Assembly: GCA_963751455.1 (NCBI GenBank)
Contig: CAVVUN010000012.1
Span: 576,001-640,000 of the forward strand
DNA length: 64,000 bases
Source: Nitrospirota bacterium
Lineage (GTDB): Bacteria > Nitrospirota > UBA9217
Reading direction: 5' to 3'
Made by a program: the position numbers and the translations under genes. Within the stretch, counting starts at the first letter, position 1; the number at the start of each line of letters is the position of its first letter. The notes under the pieces are model-generated. The model ran no database searches. It had not been told where the DNA came from and saw only the letters and a list, made by a program, of their open reading frames with translations. This document shows positions 30,301 through 40,302 of this stretch, in pieces.

Positions 30301-32315
30301 TGTGTTCCGGTATTGCCGTGGCAGCCGAGGCAATACGAGTTGTCGGATGCATCCGGCTTAGCTGTGCTGTGGTTCTGAGCATGGCATCCGACGCACGTTG
30401 AATGAACGCCGTGATGGTTCGTGCCCGGTACAATTGAAGTATGGCAGGTCAAGCAGTCGCTGTTCGCGCGGCCGACCGTTGTCGTCGCGGCGCTGTGCAT
30501 AGCGGTCGCTGCCACTGCCATCTGTTCCTTGGTAAAGTCGGCTGCGGTAGCGCCGTCGTGGCACTGGCCGCAAGCCAGGTCGAGGTCGACCCAGATAGCC
30601 GGTGTATACGTGCCGTCAGCCGCGGTATTGGCAGGCTGTGTTGCAGTGCCCGTCATGGTGGAATATGCCGGGTTAACGTTGATTCTCATGAAGTGCAACG
30701 CTTGAGGCATATGGCATATTTCGCAGGACAACCACGGTTCGGTGCCCGCGTTCTCAAGAGGTGTGCCGGTACCCGTCGGGTGGTTGATCATCGCAACTTC
30801 TACCTGCGGCGTCACACCGTCGTCCGTCGTATGGCATGTCGTACATTCGTTCTCGAACGGCTCCTGACCTTCGACGGCCAGGCTGTTATGAATATTATGA
30901 CATCCAAGGCAGCCGGGTTTGTCCAAGCCACCAGCTGTGGTCGGCGTCATAAAGGTACTGGCATAATTCGCCATATTGGTGATTTGACCGTACGTACCCG
31001 AGAATTTGCCATGCGGGCTGTTCAGGAATACGTTCATGTAGTTGTGGCTGATGGCCGGTGAAGGCGCCACATGATTCAGGCCGGCGATGACCGTCTCAGC
31101 GTGGTCGCCGAAGCCTTTATCCCAGGCGGTGCCGTTGTTCGAGCCTACCCATGTATAGGGCAGTCCGCCGGTTTCCTGTCTGTGGCATTCACCGCAGAGC
31201 CTGACTATGCCGGCTCCGTCAGCAGGATTTTGCGCATGAACGGATAACAGCATGGCGTCCGTCCCGGCCAAATCCGGGTTCCACTTTACTCTTTCCGCAT
31301 CAAATCCAGTACAATACGGGCTGCCGTGGCTTGGAACAAGCCACCTGTATCCGGCAGTGGTACAAGCCGATTCAGTAGTTAAACCGGCGGTCTCGGGAAC
31401 AGAAGCCGAGTTATGGCACCGGGAGCACTGAATGCCCCACTGGTCCCACGACGCGTAGTTGCCGGAATAACCGGTAACGCCGAGGGCCAGTTTCAGTTGT
31501 CCATTGCCCGATCCGATCTGAGTGGAGAGGCTCGGGAATGATACAAACGGTTCCTTTGACATGTTGGCCGAGCTGTCGATTGACGTACCAGTGGCATGGC
31601 AGCGGCTGCAGGTGTATGCCATGTTCTTCTCAGGAGCCAGATACATCGATGTCGGAGTTGGTGCAATCCAGTCGCCGTAGATCCACAAAAGATTATAGAC
31701 CGTCCCGGTCGGGCTGGTGATGGTACCATTTGTCCAGTTGTAGGTATTGGTGCCGTCAGTTGTGTAGGCTAAACCATCAGGCCCAAGCTGGGTCTGATTA
31801 ACCGTGACCTTCCGCAGCATGTTCTTGTGGCCGTTCTGCATGAAGGATGATGTATTGGCGCCAGCTGAGGTGCCTTCCATGCGGCCTGCGTTGTGGCAGT
31901 GCAGGCAGCCTTCTCTGTCGCCCGCTGCACTGTTGGCACCCGAGTTCGCTACATAATTAGTGTTGTAGACCCACTCGCCGGTGCACGTGGTGCCCGACAC
32001 TCTGCCTTTCCACCACGTCTTGTTACCCGGGGTGGTAGTTCCGTCATCATATGCTGCACAATCGACTGTCGAGGTGACGGAGCTGATGATTGCACGGCAG
32101 GCGGTTCTACCCGTTGCCGATGAATCAGTATGGCCGGTTATTGCAGAATCCTTTACATAACACTGGCCCGGGTCGGCAATTTCCCATGCGCCGCTCGTAG
32201 CGTTCTGGGCAGCGCCGTCTGAGCGGTATTCTGCACTGGCTGTTCCGACGAGAAGCAGCGGAATCGCCAGGGCAAATATGGCTGCCCATAAAATTAGTTT
32301 CTTTTTAACATACAT
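27378..32315 (-). CDS. Giant secreted multiheme cytochrome B (~33 hemes, conserved PKD/Ig tail)
   Basis: 32 CxxCH plus one CX3CH; start MYVKKK at 32315 after AAAGGAG; tail nearly identical to A and D. Confidence 0.92.
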   Translation of the reverse strand: MYVKKKLILWAAIFALAIPLLLVGTASAEYRSDGAAQNATSGAWEIADPGQCYVKDSAITGHTDSSATGRTACRAIISSVTSTVDCAAYDDGTTTPGNKTWWKGRVSGTTCTGEWVYNTNYVANSGANSAAGDREGCLHCHNAGRMEGTSAGANTSSFMQNGHKNMLRKVTVNQTQLGPDGLAYTTDGTNTYNWTNGTITSPTGTVYNLLWIYGDWIAPTPTSMYLAPEKNMAYTCSRCHATGTSIDSSANMSKEPFVSFPSLSTQIGSGNGQLKLALGVTGYSGNYASWDQWGIQCSRCHNSASVPETAGLTTESACTTAGYRWLVPSHGSPYCTGFDAERVKWNPDLAGTDAMLLSVHAQNPADGAGIVRLCGECHRQETGGLPYTWVGSNNGTAWDKGFGDHAETVIAGLNHVAPSPAISHNYMNVFLNSPHGKFSGTYGQITNMANYASTFMTPTTAGGLDKPGCLGCHNIHNSLAVEGQEPFENECTTCHTTDDGVTPQVEVAMINHPTGTGTPLENAGTEPWLSCEICHMPQALHFMRINVNPAYSTMTGTATQPANTAADGTYTPAIWVDLDLACGQCHDGATAADFTKEQMAVAATAMHSAATTTVGRANSDCLTCHTSIVPGTNHHGVHSTCVGCHAQNHSTAKPDASDNSYCLGCHGNTGTHAHHHVTAAIAAASLHCNGCHTPGVAPTDYSNTACMSCHNATWATTAGGTVRAVVQGTDHHNGTCTTCHEEGGAYLAINAMTAPTLTTTLKPAGSHNPLPYWSIDTSLRTGCLSCHSTPQPKLAGGMTGTIINSGAGDNHHGGHSSVPGTNFGGVSEANGSRGDNDPGMACVGCHGKGAIVSGDNATGYTVKIVASGLPTSVVAAQNGRVNTTGLCLGCHEVIQSGSTQDHHAGDCLTCHHADGSWSGTYGAGVGTATVAMDANSRDSVVTSCQQCHATTQGSSRAIVVSGTGDNHHRGSGTSTARSVASCLYCHGHMGGVPFGTASTEVIVDAVAPGSCSGSCHASSQAASGTHHTGEGLTPVNGILCFACHNTTQADGRGPGAPGVTDSTVWPPATWVDCTACHSSGGPNGPATTHHVVATGVTCEECHAHAGVRPTVPALATNSRDSVVAYCQTCHATAQGTSRALIVSGTGDNHHRGSGTTTARSVASCLYCHGAGGGLPYDDPATEVVQDSVSAGKDSSCQACHSVVQSGTTKNHHAGPGATASSNICMTCHVAGQPGAPGVTDIALWPPVTWVNCTGCHTAGEPTGPSTTSHVTHSVNFTDGANCETCHAHAGVIPTSAEMSVSCETCHAQTMSNLSHAQTPSTPQNCGTCHASAGSVPTILTACNACHTPDDPFVANRFSAIHNGSLPRPNFTWSNSATTPLNILFSAAASTHCTSYEWNFGDGTGGSGMTTNHTYALKTAQTVTLTCADGSSYASISKAVWPREAAAPAITPAANVVTDGYHVTLTDTTVASGMTGTITIMWGDGQRSYIRMGGEADHLYRRARTYNVMMMLRTDTPGYRVEASRAKIPVTIERLIISGLVTKPGGTTPFPGVIMTLKHNGNTLKKAVTNSFGAYTFRNVVPNVVLETYPTPTTYSDYTIEALKRTGRLVSDGTTTTREVYSWLPSTITTTVTTTSVTVSDFVAEP

Positions 32316-32535
32316 GTTGCATCTCCTTTGATTGTTAGGATTTTCAATGTACCAGGCCTGATGCATTCGGCCTGATAACTGTGCTGCAAGCTACGTAACT
32401 GCTTAATCTATCAGCGGGTTCGTAAAGAGACTTCCTCCTTTGAATCTCGCAATCTAGCCTGCCATACAGTCCATCTGCTAAATCCTGGAGCCACGGTCAA
32501 TCGGGGGAGTGGCACCTTTTTCCAATTATGATTAC

Positions 32536-32551
32536 TGCATAAGAAATGCCA
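32536..32551 (-). promoter_or_regulatory. Sigma-54 (-24/-12) promoter for cytochrome B
   Basis: Minus strand TGGCATTTCTTATGCA = GG-N10-GC. Confidence 0.7.
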
Positions 32552-33084
32552 ACAATAGAATAATAGTAATATTTGGGGCTAATTATGTGAATTAGTGTTC
32601 ACAACATCTTGAACATTAAATACTTTATATATATTGGAATGCTGTTTTTGAACACTTTTTGTCGAGACAAAAAATGACACTAAGAAAAAAGTAAGGTGGT
32701 TAAGCGGCATTTGACTCAGAAACTGGTGCGTGATTTCACCCCAATTTGGCCCACCAATTTTGAAGGCAATTTCATCCTGCAATTCAGGCATTCGCGTCCC
32801 TTTTCGATCCGACAAAGAAAAACCCATTACCGAAAATTCCACCAAAGAACACTTAAAACCTCACGGAAAAGCTTTATCGCAGCATGACTGGGAAAATCTG
32901 TTGTATTATATTGTTTTTATTAATTTTATTTACAATTTAACAACTATTTTTAGAAGCTTTATAAAAATGTGCCTTCCGAAAGAGGGTTCAAGACCCCCTT
33001 TCCTGGCGTCATTTCACCCATAAAAACGTGACCCAGCCTGCGTATTGCTACACTTAACTGTTTGAATTATAGTCACATTTGTGA

Positions 33085-33100
33085 TGGCATCAGTATTGCT
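33085..33100 (+). promoter_or_regulatory. Sigma-54 promoter for the OmcE-like gene
   Basis: TGGCATCAGTATTGCT = GG-N10-GC with TTGC. Confidence 0.8.
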
Positions 33101-33273
33101 AGGTAGAAAGCAGCCTGCCATATCTTCAGGTCTATGTAGCATTCGGGGGAATGCGGCGTAGACAACGCACTAGAGGTGCGGGTAAAAAAGTAAGGAGTTG
33201 TCTTATCGGACGACCCTAACATTAACAGCCATCTTGTCTTATACAAGAGGACGAGAAAAAAGGAGATCAAGTA

Positions 33274-34110
33274 ATGAAAACGTATATGTCAGTACTTCTT
33301 GCAATCGCATTGGTGTTGTCACTCGGTACGGTTGCGATGGCAGATCTGGCGGCAGGGACCGGTATCAAGGGTACCTCCCATGACCTGAGCATGACTGGCG
33401 GCAATACCGGGGCTAATCGCTTCTCAGATGACGCAGGAGCCACCGGTAAAGACAGAATATGCATCTATTGCCATGCGCCGCACAATACCGCAAAAGAATT
33501 GGTTGATGCGTCTATGGATTTCGATTATTTACCTCTCTGGAACCATACAAACACAACGCTTGCTGGATCCTACACGTTATATTCAAACGGCTGGTACGAG
33601 CCCGGTCTTGAGGACCATCGGATCAACGCAAATGATTTTCTGGCGACAGGTCAGCCCGGCGGCGTGTCTCTCCTCTGCCTCAGCTGCCACGACGGTTCGG
33701 TCGGCGTGAACCAGTACGGCTGGTATAATAACCAGTCATCGCACAACGCTGGAGTTGCCGAGCCGATGGACGGACGCGCCTTAATCGGTTCGCTCGGCGA
33801 TCTTACCAATCATCATCCGATCGGATTCAATTACGACGACGTTGCGAACGTGGACCATGAAATCCGCTTGAGCAGCGTACTCATCCCTGCCCAGCCGACC
33901 TATGCCGGCGGTGTTAAACCGGAGGGTCCGGTGTACATTGCCGACCTTCTCTCCACGGACGGTATGTTTGAATGCGTCAGCTGCCATGATGTCCACAACA
34001 CCAAAAACGGCGGAAACAAATTCACGTGGGTCGATGACACCAACAGCAACTTCTGCTTCACCTGCCATGTAAAAGACAACTCAGATCAGACTATGGATTA
34101 CACGTATTAA
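33274..34110 (+). CDS. omcE: OmcE-like tetraheme c-type cytochrome (candidate nanowire subunit)
   Basis: 4 CxxCH with OmcE-like context: IKGTSHDLS, ICIYCHAPHN, PLWN, LCLSCHDG, DLTNHHPIGF, ECVSCHDVHN, FCFTCH; recognised from memory, not aligned. Confidence 0.8.
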   Translation: MKTYMSVLLAIALVLSLGTVAMADLAAGTGIKGTSHDLSMTGGNTGANRFSDDAGATGKDRICIYCHAPHNTAKELVDASMDFDYLPLWNHTNTTLAGSYTLYSNGWYEPGLEDHRINANDFLATGQPGGVSLLCLSCHDGSVGVNQYGWYNNQSSHNAGVAEPMDGRALIGSLGDLTNHHPIGFNYDDVANVDHEIRLSSVLIPAQPTYAGGVKPEGPVYIADLLSTDGMFECVSCHDVHNTKNGGNKFTWVDDTNSNFCFTCHVKDNSDQTMDYTY

Positions 34111-34120
34111 TTGAATCGCA

Positions 34121-34158
34121 AAAAAGAAGGGGAATGCAATACTTCCCCTTCTTTTTTT
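34121..34158 (+). terminator. Strong intrinsic terminator after the OmcE-like gene
   Basis: AAAAAAGAAGGGGAA...TTCCCCTTCTTTTTTT. Confidence 0.85.
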
Positions 34159-34274
34159 CTTTATTCTTGTAATTTCTTAGTATTAGTTTTATAATTAATC
34201 CTCGAAATATGCGCACCTCTCATGGTCCTTTTTCCTTCTGTAAACCGAATTATTCATTAAAGAGGAGCTGTTTT

Positions 34275-35468
34275 ATGAATCGAGCTTTACTAAACTTATC
34301 GGCACTTATCCTTGTCTTTCTTTCAAGCTGCGCGACTGCTCCTCCAGTCGCAAAACCATCGCCCGTCTTTTACCCTGAACCTCCTGCTCCGGCCCGGATC
34401 CAATACCTCAGGTCGTACAACAGCTCGCAGGACATGGGCGCAAAAAAATCCGCATTTGCATCCTTCGTGACCGGACAAAAAGAAATTATTCGGGTAATCG
34501 ACAAACCATACGGCATCGCCGCGTATGCCGGAAAAATATACGTCTGCGACACCAACCAGACGGTTATGGTCCTCAATCTGGAAAAAAATACGTTTGACCG
34601 TCTCGCCGGCGCTCAGGGAGTCGGAAAACTCATCCAGCCGCTCAATATCCGCATCGATAAGGAAGGCAATAAATATGTCTCCGACCCTATCCGCCGCCAG
34701 GTGGTTATGTTCGACAAAAACGATTTCTATGTAAAGGCATTCGGACCCCTGGATAACTGGAAACCCGTCGATGCAGCGCCGTTCGAAGAACTCCTCTATG
34801 TTGCAGATTCAAAGAACGCCGAAATCAAGGTTTTTGATATTCGGACCGGGGCCTTTCGGAACGCTTTTGGGAAAACCGGAGACGACGCGTCAAAGCTTGC
34901 CTTGCCCACCAACATCGCATTCGACAGCGCCGGCTACCTTTACGTATCGGATTTCGGGAGATTTCAGATCGTGAAGTTCGATCGCGACGGCCACGGCCTT
35001 GGTGTAATCGGCGCGCTCGGAACCCATCCGGGGGCTTTTGCACGGCCCCGCGGCATTGCCTTCGACCTGCAGAACAGACTTTATGCCGTTGATGCGGCGT
35101 TCAACAATATCCAGATCTTCAATACGGATGGAAGGTTGCTGCTCTTTTTCGGCAAGGGCGGAAAAAGCCCCGGTGATCTCTATCTCGCTGCCAGCGTGGC
35201 CGTGGACTACGACAATGTGAAATATTTTCAGCAGTATGCCGATCCGAATTTTCAGATCGAATATCTCCTCATCGTTACAAGCCAGTTCGGCGATAAGAAG
35301 GTGAACGTCTACGGCTTCGGGACTGAGAAAGGAAAAACATATCAGACCGACAAGGATCTTGCCGACGCTATCGAGGAAAAGAAGCAGAAGTTCAAACAGG
35401 AACAGTTTGAAAAAACAAACGCTGCAGAACAAAAGGGAACCGACGCTGCCGTGCCGGTGACAAACTGA
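34275..35468 (+). CDS. NHL-repeat beta-propeller lipoprotein
   Basis: Lipobox LSSC; P.GIA.D..G.LYV.D repeats; start MNRALL after GAGGAG. Confidence 0.88.
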   Translation: MNRALLNLSALILVFLSSCATAPPVAKPSPVFYPEPPAPARIQYLRSYNSSQDMGAKKSAFASFVTGQKEIIRVIDKPYGIAAYAGKIYVCDTNQTVMVLNLEKNTFDRLAGAQGVGKLIQPLNIRIDKEGNKYVSDPIRRQVVMFDKNDFYVKAFGPLDNWKPVDAAPFEELLYVADSKNAEIKVFDIRTGAFRNAFGKTGDDASKLALPTNIAFDSAGYLYVSDFGRFQIVKFDRDGHGLGVIGALGTHPGAFARPRGIAFDLQNRLYAVDAAFNNIQIFNTDGRLLLFFGKGGKSPGDLYLAASVAVDYDNVKYFQQYADPNFQIEYLLIVTSQFGDKKVNVYGFGTEKGKTYQTDKDLADAIEEKKQKFKQEQFEKTNAAEQKGTDAAVPVTN

Positions 35469-35478
35469 TAGGTCTTAT

Positions 35479-36012
35479 ATGTCTTATAGGTCCTACAGGA
35501 CTTATATACTGATCTGCCTTGCAGGGGCGGTTTTAGTCTGCGGGTGCCGGGCAACAACGCGGTATGAAGTGCTCAGTTTTGTTTTTGACGGCGTTCCGCA
35601 GCCTGTGAACGGATCAGACGGAACTGCAGACTCCGACAATAAGCCTTCAACGGCGAAAGTGCAGCGCCGCCACAGCAAGCACGGGCCCTATGGCGCAAAG
35701 ATGTGCAATGCCTGCCATCAAAAGGGTACGAACACGCTGCTCCTGAAAAAGGAAGAGTTGTGCTTCAAATGCCATTCATTTCAACCGGCAAAAAAACAGC
35801 ATGGTCCCCTCGCTTCGGGCGGCTGCACGGTATGCCATGATCCGCACCGTTCCTCATATGAATATCTTCTTGTGGCAGAAGACAGGGAATTTTGCACTTA
35901 TTGCCATGACCCGAATGATGTATACTCACGGGACGTTCATCAAGGCATTGACAGCGCATGCACCGTTTGCCATAATCCTCATGGATCGGACAACGATTTT
36001 TTGCTCAGATAA
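35479..36012 (+). CDS. Pentaheme cytochrome c lipoprotein (doubled CxxCH type)
   Basis: 5 CxxCH; FVFDGVP motif; lipobox-like VCGC. Confidence 0.85.
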   Translation: MSYRSYRTYILICLAGAVLVCGCRATTRYEVLSFVFDGVPQPVNGSDGTADSDNKPSTAKVQRRHSKHGPYGAKMCNACHQKGTNTLLLKKEELCFKCHSFQPAKKQHGPLASGGCTVCHDPHRSSYEYLLVAEDREFCTYCHDPNDVYSRDVHQGIDSACTVCHNPHGSDNDFLLR

Positions 36013-36051
36013 CGTCCTGGTCGCCTCACTGAAGCCGGTGGTAACGGGCCG

Positions 36052-38094
36052 TTGAATAACACGGAAAGGGCTATAATCGTACGCGCTGCCGCGTTCGCCT
36101 TCGTCATCATGACCGGTGTTTTCCTTTCTCCTTCTCAAGCGATCGGCGAAGAAATGGACTTCTTTCCCCGGATTTTGGACTTTGGGGGGGCGTTGGAGGT
36201 AGGGGGCTCCCTCAGAGACTACAAGCGTTCAGTGGAAGGCCATGAGTTTAATACCAAGACCGATTTAATTTACGAACGGCTGAAGCTGGGCGCCATCGGC
36301 TACGTCTATCATCCCCGCTTCATGACCTATAGTGTGAGGGGCGCCGCGACCCTGAATGAGAACAGCTTCGATACCGAAAGGGGGTCAAGGAGCAGGTCCC
36401 GCTTTGCCGACGAATACGAAATGAGCACGACATTTCTTCCCGAGCATCCCTACAATTTTCATTTATTCAGGGAACGAAAGATTGTACTGAAGCCCTTGCT
36501 GGTCGGTTCGCCCGACATAGACCGGATAACCACCCTCAAGCAGGGAGCTTCTTTTCAGTATAACGCTCAACCTGCATCTCTTCAGCTCCATGCGGTTTCC
36601 ACCTCTTATGACAATCACTTCTCATCTCAAACAAAAAGATACTCGGCAACAGGAAGCTATTTGATCGGACCGTTCAATAACTCAGCCGGGTATAGCTACA
36701 GCGTTTTGAACACCGACAGCATGCAGGGAACCTATACCACTGCTTACTTCAGCAATAGCGTTTCCGTTTCGGTATTCGGCCTTTCGAGCAGCGTCGCGGA
36801 GAATCATCAGCTCCAGGAATATTATTTGGACGGATTCAGCGAAAATGAGTCTTTTTTATGGACCGAGCGCCTTACCGCGGAACTTCCCCTGAATTTGTCG
36901 GTCGGTATTTTCCATGACATACGACAGGATTCAGTGACGAGCGAGTCGACCGTTTCCGGAGTTCCGGAAATGGACGCTGATACCAGGACCGCTTCTGACG
37001 GCATCAGGGTTGACCATCAGCTCTACCGAAGCCTCAGAACTTCCTATGATCTGCAAAGGCTGTCATTGGAGTCGGACGAAGGAGATACAAAATCAATCGG
37101 CCAAACGCTTGCTGTCAATTATTCCAAGATTATCCCATCCGGGACGGTCAACGCCGGATATACAGCCCAGCATGCCACGCTTGAAAGATCGGGTGCGACC
37201 ACTATCGCAGGAGAATTTTATACAACAGCTGTCCCGGGATCCTTTACTCTGAGTAATCAGGCGGTTGACACGAATTCGATTACTGTTATGATCAAGGACC
37301 CGGTTACGCTCAACCTGGTGCTCTTGCCGGAAGGGACAAGTTACGAAGTACTTACCTTCGGCAACTCGGTCCAGATTACGATTCTGAATGTGCCTGCAGG
37401 GGTCAATCCTCCGCCCCCTCCCATCACAACATTCGATTTTTCTGTAACCTACTCGCTCGCAGTGAGCGCTTCAAGAACGCAAACATGGAGCAACGGCATA
37501 AATCTGGGGCTTATGCTCCTTGACGGACTCTTAAACCCCTACTTCAGTTATTTCACTTCCAATCAGGAAGTCGTGTCCGGGACTTTTTCGGAGGGCAATG
37601 AAACGGCAACCAGCCGGATTATCGGCTACACGGTGCAAAAGGCGCCATTCGTTCTGACGGCTGAGGAGAGCGTGGTCCGTTCGAATATCAGCCCATCACG
37701 GGCGTGGAGGACTGCTGTCGACTACCGGGAATATATATCACAGGACGTAAATGTATTCGCCCGGATCTCGTATAACGTGATAAAACGGGCGGCTTCGGGA
37801 GAGTTTCTGTCGAAGGATTATTCCGAGCAGACGACCGGCATGGATGTATCCATTCAAAAAACTTTTTCTGAAACGCATATGAATCTATTCGCGGGCGGGT
37901 CCTATGTCGATCGAAAGGTTGGGGACATCTCGATCGCGAACTACGGATTCAACACGGGACTCAGATGGCACGTCGGGAAACTTGATGTATCCGCTTCAGG
38001 AGCGCTCAGTCATTCCGCATCCGCGCGGCCGAGCGGCAGACAGACTGCTGAAGCAGTCTCTTATAGCCTCACGGTCAGCAGAAAAATATTCTGA
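36052..38094 (+). CDS. Large outer-membrane beta-barrel protein (candidate cytochrome export pore or porin)
   Basis: Signal peptide, GYVYHPRF motif, Ser/Tyr-rich alternating strands, C-terminal Phe; operon context. Confidence 0.7.
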   Translation: MNNTERAIIVRAAAFAFVIMTGVFLSPSQAIGEEMDFFPRILDFGGALEVGGSLRDYKRSVEGHEFNTKTDLIYERLKLGAIGYVYHPRFMTYSVRGAATLNENSFDTERGSRSRSRFADEYEMSTTFLPEHPYNFHLFRERKIVLKPLLVGSPDIDRITTLKQGASFQYNAQPASLQLHAVSTSYDNHFSSQTKRYSATGSYLIGPFNNSAGYSYSVLNTDSMQGTYTTAYFSNSVSVSVFGLSSSVAENHQLQEYYLDGFSENESFLWTERLTAELPLNLSVGIFHDIRQDSVTSESTVSGVPEMDADTRTASDGIRVDHQLYRSLRTSYDLQRLSLESDEGDTKSIGQTLAVNYSKIIPSGTVNAGYTAQHATLERSGATTIAGEFYTTAVPGSFTLSNQAVDTNSITVMIKDPVTLNLVLLPEGTSYEVLTFGNSVQITILNVPAGVNPPPPPITTFDFSVTYSLAVSASRTQTWSNGINLGLMLLDGLLNPYFSYFTSNQEVVSGTFSEGNETATSRIIGYTVQKAPFVLTAEESVVRSNISPSRAWRTAVDYREYISQDVNVFARISYNVIKRAASGEFLSKDYSEQTTGMDVSIQKTFSETHMNLFAGGSYVDRKVGDISIANYGFNTGLRWHVGKLDVSASGALSHSASARPSGRQTAEAVSYSLTVSRKIF

Positions 38095-38137
38095 TGATGG
38101 ACTAAAGCTGCTGCAAAATCATTTTGAAGGGGGCATT

Positions 38138-39151
38138 ATGAAACTCGGAACACGAACCGGAACAATAGAAGCGCTCATTGCAATGCTCGCTCTGTTTACG
38201 ACCGGCCAGGCACACGCCAGCCAGCTTGCAGACACAACGACTCAATCAGGAATAAGCGAAGAGGCAAAAAATGCAGGCACTGATCGGGAGAACATGGCAG
38301 CAATAGTCAATGGCGTCCAGATAAGCGAAGGCACGGTCAACGAATTGATGAAGCGTCTTGGCACGGAAGATCAAGAGTCGAATCCGCAGCTCCGGAACGA
38401 CGTCAGAAAGAGGGCGTTGAACCAGCTGGTGCTGGAGGAACTCGCGACTCAGGAAGCAGCACGACAAAATATTAATGTAAAAAAGACGGATCTCGACAAA
38501 GCGATGAAGAGAGCCATATCGAATCTGGGCCATGAGGACGGGTATAGGGCTTTCTTGGAGGAGCAGCGCCTTACCGAGCCTGAATTCCGGGCGCAGATTG
38601 AACGATATCTTCTTCTTCAGCACTTGCTATCTAAAGAAGTGACTTCAAAAGTAGCCATAGCAGATAAAGACATACGCGCAGAATACGAGAGAATAAAAGA
38701 AGAGTTTGTGACGCCTGAAAAAATAGGTATCGTAGATGTGGTTTTTTTTCTGAACTATGATGATCCGGCATCGATAAAAAAGGTTGAGGAAACCCTGGCA
38801 AAGATTAAGGCCGACAAGGACAAGAATCCACACAATGTATCGGATCATGATGGCGAATTTGTCATTCGCGACCTGGATCCGCTTGCCAAAGAAAAAGAAC
38901 CGGTCCTTTATGAGGCAGCTCGGAAGCTCAAACAGGGCGACTTGTCGGGAGTAATAAAAACAGGCGACAGCCTCCATATTGTTCAACTGACGACCTATTC
39001 ACCCGAGCAGAAGAAGTCTTATGAAGAGGTGAAGGGGCTTGTGGGAAGCAAACTGAAAGCCGCCGCGCTCAAGAAACGTCGTATCGAGTGGGAGCAAGAA
39101 TTGAAAGAAAAGGCAAAGATTGAACTGATAAATAGCACCGATCCGAAATAA
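38138..39151 (+). CDS. SurA/parvulin-like periplasmic chaperone
   Basis: AAIVNGVQI, ALNQLVLEELA, LKQGDLSGVIKT..HIVQL, WEQELKEKAKIE; start MKLGTR. Confidence 0.8.
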   Translation: MKLGTRTGTIEALIAMLALFTTGQAHASQLADTTTQSGISEEAKNAGTDRENMAAIVNGVQISEGTVNELMKRLGTEDQESNPQLRNDVRKRALNQLVLEELATQEAARQNINVKKTDLDKAMKRAISNLGHEDGYRAFLEEQRLTEPEFRAQIERYLLLQHLLSKEVTSKVAIADKDIRAEYERIKEEFVTPEKIGIVDVVFFLNYDDPASIKKVEETLAKIKADKDKNPHNVSDHDGEFVIRDLDPLAKEKEPVLYEAARKLKQGDLSGVIKTGDSLHIVQLTTYSPEQKKSYEEVKGLVGSKLKAAALKKRRIEWEQELKEKAKIELINSTDPK

Positions 39152-39265
39152 CTGGGTGATCTGTTTTCACTAAGGGAGTTAGTTACAAACAGCTGCCCCG
39201 GAGCTTGCTGTAATGAAAGCCCTCGAGAGAAGCAGGCGGCTTTCTCTCATGAGGGTAAAGGAACA

Positions 39266-40302
39266 ATGTACAAATATCTCGCTTTTTTTTTCCTTGGCTT
39301 GTTGGTTATAACCCCAGGCTGCGCGTCGAAATGGTCATTGGTCGTCGATTCGCCCACGGAACGGCCCGCATGGCCTGATGATTCGAATGGGCAGGTGGCG
39401 ACTTATATCGGAACCATCAGGGGTTTCAAGGAAACCGGAACGACGATATCGACGGTCTTGAGATCGTTCGCCTTTGGCAACAGAGCGGAAGACTATACCA
39501 TCGTCCGTCCCGTTTCAGCCGCGGTCGGACCTGACAACAGGCTTGCAATAGCCGACATCGGACGATCGTGCATTCATCTGTATATCCCTCTGAGCAGAAA
39601 TATATCAGGTTACGCAGAGCGGGTAAGGAGCAGCTGCGCACGCCGGTAAGCGTTGCATTCGATGACGAATCAAGATTATATGTATCCGATTCCACCAATC
39701 AGGTAATTTATGTATTCAACCGGGACGGAGCAGCTCTCGCTCCGATCAAAAAAGCCGGTGAGCATCCGCTTCTCAGACCCACGGGATTGTCCTATGCCCC
39801 CGGGAAAAAAACCCTTTACGCGGTCGACACTCTGGCCCACAGGGTATATGCATTCAGCCCGGACGGTTCCCTTCTCTTTTGGTTCGGAGGACCGGGAGAA
39901 AAGCAAGGGGAATTTAATTACCCGACCCATGCCGTGGCGGCGCCCGATGGCCGTCTGTTTGTGACGGACGCGATGAATTTCAGGATACAGGTGTTCGATT
40001 GGCAGGGGAAATTTTTAACCTCCTTCGGCCATCACGGCAACGGATCAGGCGATTTTGCGATGCCGAAAGGAATCGCAGTGGACAGAGACGGGGTCATTTA
40101 CGTTGTCGACACGCTATTCGACAATATCCAGCTATTCGACTTGAACGGAACTTTTCTTTTTACGATCGGAGGCCGGGGGCCGGGCCTCGGCGAATTCTGG
40201 CTCCCGTCCGGATTGTTTCTGGATGGCGAAGACAAACTGTATATCTGCGATACGTTCAATCAAAGAGTGCAATTATTTCAGTTGAGCGGGAAACATAGAT
40301 GA
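39266..40302 (+). pseudogene. NHL-repeat lipoprotein split by a single frameshift at ~39586-39590
   Basis: 39266-39649 gives the lipoprotein N-terminus and first blade; the propeller continues in another frame (…IHLYIP / SEQKYIRL…). Confidence 0.75.

Noticed and set aside
35466-38097. Other TGA stops as selenocysteine codons (35466, 38092)
   Set aside because: Each is followed immediately by a second stop and has no SECIS-like hairpin
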